A DNA stretch of 64,000 bases from Octopus sinensis (lineage: Eukaryota), in the NCBI RefSeq assembly GCF_006345805.1, contig NC_043012.1, positions 42,098,001 through 42,162,000 on the forward strand, given 5' to 3'. Below, piece after piece: positions 57,200 to 64,000 of this stretch; position 1 is the first letter of the stretch, and every line of letters begins with the position of its first letter. A program made the translations under genes and the position numbers. The notes beneath the pieces are model-generated. The model ran no database searches and had not been told where the DNA came from. It saw only the letters and a list, made by a program, of their open reading frames with translations.

Positions 57200-57500
57200 A
57201 TGGGTACAGAACGTCACAAAACGTAAAACGTAAACAACATGAAATACGAAGACAAACTTGGGTATGCGAACAACGAGAGAAACAAATGGAAATAAGACAA
57301 GTAACATAAAGAACGACCCTTCATCAGTTGTCGGTTGTTTGTCTACTGCACATTTCGAGCAATTCATGACAATATTGAGGCTTCGAAAAACAGTTGCTCC
57401 CGCGGACCAGAATAAAATTAGGAATTTGCGGAGGGTCAAAGTTGGTAACAAAAACAGGACAGTGGAGACATACAACAGACCAAACGAAAACAAACATGCA
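57200..57500 (-). mobile_element. pLTR-like repeat with a hammerhead relic
   Basis: GACAA-CTGATGA-A-GGGT..ACCC..TTGTC with the GAAA segment deleted. Confidence 0.35.
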
Positions 57501-57527
57501 TGTATATATATATATATATTATTTATA

Positions 57528-57924
57528 TCTTTATATATAAAAGTGAGGTTTTGTGCTGTCTGTCTCCTACGATTTAGATTCCTAACTACTCCCACATTTT
57601 GCGGTGCAGTTTAACCAAAACCGGGTATCTTATAGTCGTGATTCATATCGAGCCCTTCTGGGTATTAGCGCGCGTCTACGCTGAGTCTACGATTTAAAAA
57701 AAAATTTACCATCAATTTTTCCCATTTTTAATGCATTTTGGCATATATAAGGGAAGTAACTCTCTAAAAATTTATTATTAAATCTCAGAACGTAAAAAGC
57801 TACAGTAACACCCCCCTCCTTTGTGGTTAGCCATATTGAGATGGCTATTATACTTTACATCTCTAAAAATGCTTATATAGTTATTTCCCTTACAAACCCG
57901 AGCAACGCCGGGCGATACTGCTAG
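57528..57924 (+). mobile_element. Non-autonomous Helitron, copy 1
   Basis: Starts A|TC; ends with hairpin CCCG agcaacgc CGGG then CTAG. Confidence 0.85.
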
Positions 57925-57933
57925 ATATATATA

Positions 57934-58419
57934 TCTATATATATAAAACTGTAGTTGTGTGAGTGTCTGTCCCCTTCGATTTAGATTCCTAACTCCTCCC
58001 ACATTTTGCGGTGCAGTTTAACCAAATTCGGGTATCTTATAGTCGTGATTCATATCGAGCCCTTCTGGGTATTAGCGTGCGTCTACGATGAGTCTACGAT
58101 TTTTAAAAAATTTACCATCATATTTTTCCATTTTAATGCATTTTTTTCGCTTTTATATAAGGGAAGTAACTCTCTAAAAATATCTACGATGTGTCAACGA
58201 TTTAATCACGACTATAAGATACCCGAATTTGGTTAAACTGCACCGCAAAATGTGGGAGGAGTTAGGAATCTAAATCGAAGGGGACAGACACTCACACAAC
58301 TACAGTTTTATATATATAGATATATAGAAAGCCCGAATTTATAAGGGAAGTAACTCTCTAAAAATGCTTATATAGTTATTTCCCTTACAAACCCGAGCAA
58401 CGCCGGGCGATACTGCTAG
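57934..58419 (+). mobile_element. Non-autonomous Helitron, copy 2, with an internal inverted copy of its own 5' end
   Basis: A|TC start, CTAG|T end; 57934-58050 is the reverse complement of 58204-58320. Confidence 0.88.
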
Positions 58420-58632
58420 TATATATATAAAGTTAATCCAAACAAGAAAGCACAAAAAAAACACAACAACGCGAGGACGTGGAACAAATATAGTATTATT
58501 GGACGCTCAGGAAAGAAGGAAAGAAGGAGGGTTTAACATTTCGAGCGGAGCTCTTCGTCGGAAACATAGAAGAAGGAAAGATCCAGAGAAGGGAAGACAG
58601 AGGAAAAAAATCGCCAATGGTACACACGAGGT

Positions 58633-58670
<38 letters not shown>

Positions 58671-59104
58671 AGTACACACATACACCCTAATATATACTTA
58701 CTAGTACATACTCTGTCTATCTCTCTACCTCGCTCTCTCGCACACATCCACGTACAATTCACCAAACTTCGGTGCCATCACACATGAACGTCTATTTTCT
58801 TTCGCCACTTTCCAGTTAAAGCTATGCTCCTGCAGAAGACACAAGCGAAGACAGGAGATGCCTGGTTCGGACAGCTTCACAATAGCAAACCAGACGACAA
58901 CTCGGAACCCTTCGACATTTCAGCGACCGGCATGCAGCCCTTCCTGTCCTTTTGGTCCTCATTAAAAATTGTTAGAATGTAATAAATTCAGTTTTTGAAT
59001 AAATCATTGGGAGAGTAATGTGTTTGCATGCGCGCACGCGCGTGTATGTGTGTGCGCGTGTGTGTATACATATGGATATATGCATGGATATATATCAATT
59101 ACTT

Positions 59105-59275
59105 TCTTCAGTCATTCTACTGCAGCCACGCTGCGGCACCACCTTGAAAGGGTCAGTCGAACAGTTTGACCTCCATGCTTTTCTTTTTTGAGGCTGGTAT
59201 TAATTCTTTGCCAAACCGCTAGGTTACTGGGACGTAAACCAGCCAACACCGCTTGTTAAGCAGCGGGGGAAGGTG
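59105..59275 (-). mobile_element. SINE family 1, 3' half
   Basis: Reverse complement matches the tails at 29820-29990 and 46045-46200. Confidence 0.6.
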
Positions 59276-60301
59276 AGAAACACAAGCCACACACACAAAC
59301 ACACACTTACACATACATACATACATACATACATACATACATACATACATACCTACATACATACCTACATACATACATACATACATACATACATACATAC
59401 ATACATACATACATACATACATGCAGAAACAGATAGACAGACAGATTTATGAATGATGTTGTTGTTGTTGATGCTGTTTGGTCCGTCTTCAACTTTTATT
59501 TTTCAAGGGATTTCCAGCCGTGCCCATACCTTCTTGTTTTGGGAAAAGTTGTTCTTGGGCTACATCACTGACTGTATTCTTTCTCTCTTTTTCCAATGAG
59601 GGTACTTTGAGGGATATATAGCTGCCACTTTTTACATTTGCAGCAGTGATGCCCTTTGGTCATTTGACTTGATGGAACTAACTGCTAAGTCCCCCTCAGA
59701 TCACTCCTCACTATATAACATTTTATTTTTAAAGTGACTTATTGTCTTAAATAAACTTAAAATTGAGATGGAATGTTCATGGTTGGAATTTTTTGAATAT
59801 AATTCTACTGGATTGAGGCTGACATTGGCAACAATAACAAAACACCTCTCCTCCACTAGACATTATTCCTGCATACCATTCCCAGACATGTTACTTCATA
59901 ACAAAATGGCTCCGAGTTCGAATGTACTGTGTGGCACCTTTCCATACTTGTATAGTGTATATCCGCAAATTTTACCACGAGGAAAAGCTTTATGTATCTA
60001 CTGGAAATTTAGAGCCTCCACCAAGGAAATAATTTTTAAGTTAAAAAGATTCTTTATTAACATTAGGTTTTTGCTAAATATATTTTTCATAATGTTGATT
60101 AAGAATATTAATTAATGTTAAATTAATGTAAACTTTTTAATGTTATGGAATAGTATTTTATAGAAGACAAATAAATAACAGAGTTGTAAATAAAAGTACT
60201 TTAATAAAAAGCTGTCAATGTTAGATAATAGTGTTGTATACAACACTACTTTAATATAAAGTATGCACACACATACACATATATATATATACAGAGAGAA
60301 A

Positions 60302-60343
<42 letters not shown>

Positions 60344-60364
60344 CATACAGACAGACATGCAGAC

Positions 60365-60384
60365 ATATAGATAGATAGATAGAC

Positions 60385-60462
<78 letters not shown>
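60365..60462. repeat. (GATA)n microsatellite
   Basis: Direct inspection. Confidence 0.95.
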
Positions 60463-60463
<1 letters not shown>

Positions 60464-62387
60464 CGTTGTGTCTGTGTATGTTTGCGCATTTAGATATATA
60501 CCAGTGTGCTGTATATCGAGCCTTCCTGTCAACGCGGTGACCTAGCCATTCAATAAATAAAGATCGATTACATAAGTACCAACAAGGTGGAAACAGCAAC
60601 TGCTTTAAAGGCAAGATTCATTCCTTAATCGCATTGTCTTTTATTTAGCAAATATTTGGACTAGCTGTTCTATTATTGAAGATATCTCCTTTGGCTTGAT
60701 GTTTTTAGATTTTAAACACCATTACAGGGAAACTTTTGTCTTCTAATTGTAAGGATAAATTTAGTATGCCGTATTTTTTCTCTGCACTATGAATTTTGAT
60801 CTAGCCGAGATCAACTTTCCTTTCATCATTTTGGGGTCTGTGAAAAGGCGGACCGGATGCCTTCAAGTATTTCTTCCAGCCCTTTGCTTTCTGAGTTCGA
60901 ATCCTGCCATGGCCTTAACATCATCACTTAGCACCTTGGTTAACTTTAGCAGACTCCACTCGGCTGGAAGCATTTAGGCCAGGTCTCCCCTTTGAGAATT
61001 CCATATTCGCTCCCACACACGGATTTTATAAAAGCTCATGGGCGTTGTTTTGCTTTCCCGATCAAAATATTTTAAAAATGTTAATCAAAGTTTGAAACTG
61101 AAACTCTAGAATATTAAATAGGAAAAATTCGATTTGGTTTAGTAAAATCTTGAAAGGGAAGTCCCAGCTTGGCCGCTGTCCAAAGACAGAAACCAGTAAA
61201 GGAGAAGAAAAAAAAGAGAATATAGAGTAAAACCTAAAGCCTGGGGTTACGTCAGGCTTATTAAAGTTATTCTTGTCTTTTATCGTCTGCCGTTTGTCTG
61301 TCTTTTATCGTCTGTCATTTGTCGATCCTTTCCAACAACCACACAGTCTTATTTAAAGGAATCATTTTATTATACACCCACTAATCACAATACTATGTAG
61401 ATATGTATTGATGTGATAAATGCACACACCAATATACACATATTCATACAGACAGACACATATATACATCAAGACAAACATACACATACATACTTTCAAT
61501 CTCACACATTTCTCCCTCCCTCTCTTTGTCTTTCCTCCTCTCTTTCTCTCTCCCTCCCTTCTCTCACCCTTACTCTTCTGTTTGTCTCTTTGTGTCATAT
61601 AAATATCTCCCACCATTATTCACACCTCTTATTCCTATGTATCCTCCTCCTCCTCCTCCTCCTCATTCCTCTCTCTTATCTCCCCACTTCTCTCTCTTTC
61701 AGTCTTGGCCCCCCTCTCTCACTCTCCTTGTCAATCTTCTTCCGTCGCAATGACTATTCACGCCACTCTCTCTTCCGACACCTCTGATTCTTCCTCCTCT
61801 CTCTCTACACCTTACTCCTACTATCTACTTTCCCTCCTTATACCTTTCTTCTCCCTTTTGCTCCCTCTTTCCCTCACTACCTCCCCTCTCTCTCTCTCTC
61901 TTTCTCTATCAGTCTATCTAGTTACGCTTATCTATTTCTCTCTCGTTCTATTTTGTTACAGTGCTTACGTTTCCTCTCTCTCACTACTCCTCTCTTACAC
62001 CACCATCAAACACCACCACCACCACCACCATTACATCTCTTTCTCGCCCTTCCAGTTTCCACACACAACACATTCATTTCTCTCCCCCTCTCTCTCTCCC
62101 CAGTAACAAACTCTACCGTCTCCTTTGTCTCTCTCACCCTTCCTTTCACTATTCTACAGTCTCTCTCTCTCTCTCTCTCTCTCGCTCTCTCCCTCTTTCT
62201 CCGACTCTCTCCTTAGTCGTCTACTCATACCACACTTCCCACACACCAACTTTATTACAGTCCACACAGACACACCTCATTTCTCCACGACGACTTGATC
62301 GAATCACAACCGAACACAGACACTTCTTGTTGCTGTTGTTAACTTATGCTCAAAAAAGAACACGGTATGTCCTTAATACTAATTCGC

Positions 62388-62532
62388 TTTCTTCTTCTTC
62401 TTCTTCTTCTTCTTCTTCTTCTTCTTCTTCTTCTTCTTCTTCTTCTTCTTCTTCTTCTTCTTCTTCTTCTTCTTCTTCTTCTTCTTCTTCTTCTTCTTCT
62501 TCTTCTTCTTCTTCTTCTTCGTCGTCGTCGTC
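62388..62532. repeat. (TTC)n followed by (GTC)4
   Basis: Direct inspection. Confidence 0.95.
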
Positions 62533-63224
62533 TTTTTTTACTCTTTCATTCGCCAGTTCCTTTGAGCCTTTCCAGGGCCTCCGTGTACAGTGAAGGGAAG
62601 AAAGAAAAACTATTATCCTCAAACCAAAGGCCTGCTCGCACTGAATGAGGATCACCTGAAAAACTAAAAAAGTACCAAGACTCAGATGGTCGTATAAAAC
62701 AAATTGATCCTTTAAATTTACCACTCCAAGAATACAACGGTCTTTCATACACTTTTCCGTTTACCAAAGTCCATTCACAATGCTTTGATCGAGCCACGAC
62801 TACAGCAAAAAGATACACGCTCTGGGATCGAACCTGAAATCGCATAGATGGGAAGCAAATCTCTTAGATACACAGCAAAAGTTATTTAGCGCAAGATCAT
62901 CCATAACTGAGCAAATCCGATCATGACCACTTCGCCTTTTATGCAAACAATGTAGTTAAGAGTACATCATATGTACATGCCCTACATTTTTAAGACAGTG
63001 TCTGTGAATTGAGAAATATTTGGCTACTATTTCGAGCACGTAGTGACCACGTAGATCTTTTTTTTTTAAGTTATGGTCAGCATTTAGAAATAGCCTCATC
63101 TAAACAATGATAATTACTACAACTGCGAAGTATACAGTAAGGTTCTGTTGCTTAACCCAGTATGATAAAAGATATTCCAACCGTGACAATCTAGTATCAT
63201 TTTTTTCTTTATAATGCATATTAT

Positions 63225-63445
63225 AGGCGCAGGAGTGGCTGTGTGATAAGTAGCTTGCTTACCAGCCACATGGTTCCGGGTTCATTCCCACTGCGTGGCA
63301 CCTTGGGAAAGTGTTTTCTACTATAGCCTCAGGCTGACCAAAGCCTTGTGAGTGGATTTGGTACACGGAAACTGAAAGAAGCCCATCGTATATACATGGC
63401 CTCAGCCAAATGACTGAAACAAATAAAAGAATAAAGAATAAAAGA
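63225..63445 (+). mobile_element. SINE family 1, internally deleted
   Basis: Intact head and core joined directly to the tail CATGGCCTCAGCCAAATGACTGAAAC. Confidence 0.85.
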
Positions 63446-64000
63446 AAAGTGTATCACATTCTCCGATGTGCCTTGCTTTGTTTCAAGATAGCAGAGAGAC
63501 AATTTGAAAGAGATTTGGCTGGTGTCTCTAGCAGATCGTGCGAGCACGAACGGACCATCCTCGTTGATTCGCTGTTACTATTGATGGCCTTTTACTATTA
63601 CACGCACCTCCCCTCCCTCTTTCCCCCCTCTTTCACGTACACGCACGCATACACACCTACGTACACGCACATACACATACATACACACTTGCATGCATAC
63701 ATAGAATTAAACACTGCTCATTCTCTCTCTTTGTCTCTCTTAATCCATGTATATACAAATACACAATACATGCATATATGCACATACATTTATACACGCA
63801 TGCATTTATATGTATTACCTCTCACTCTCATTTTACCTCTCTCTTCCTTTCTCTTTCTCTCTTTACCTCTCTCTCATTCATTCTTTCTATCTCTCTTTCT
63901 CCCCCTCTTCTACTTTATAAATATTTTCGTGGGAAACGAACATTTTCGTTTTTTTTTATTGTTGTTTTCGTAGTTGTTCATTTTTTTTTGTACCTCATGG

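Noticed and set aside
62350-62748. Acidic poly-Glu ORF as a real protein exon
   Set aside because: It is driven by (GAA)n, the acceptor is poor and the flanking peptide is unrecognisable.

Overview
This is a eukaryotic, AT-rich, microsatellite-saturated window. It is probably from an Octopus-like cephalopod; that is an inference from the SINE families and repeat landscape and was not checked against a database. No host protein-coding gene could be identified, and nearly all ORFs in the track are microsatellite artefacts or transposon remnants. Recognisable content: (1) R4/Dong-clade non-LTR retrotransposons (RT plus restriction-like endonuclease), including one near-full-length 4.2 kb copy, mostly embedded in (TAA)n tracts; (2) Penelope-like elements (RT plus GIY-YIG) and solo pLTR-like copies in (TA)n; (3) Tx1/L1-clade, CR1-like, RTE and possibly R2-like LINE fragments; (4) several mariner derivatives, non-autonomous Helitrons and three tRNA-derived SINE families; (5) a 550 bp tandem array and several fold-back duplications. 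The most notable signals are about ten minimal type I hammerhead-ribozyme motifs from several unrelated families, one of which has a non-canonical A6U core in all four copies, and an apparent partitioning of mobile-element classes among microsatellite types.
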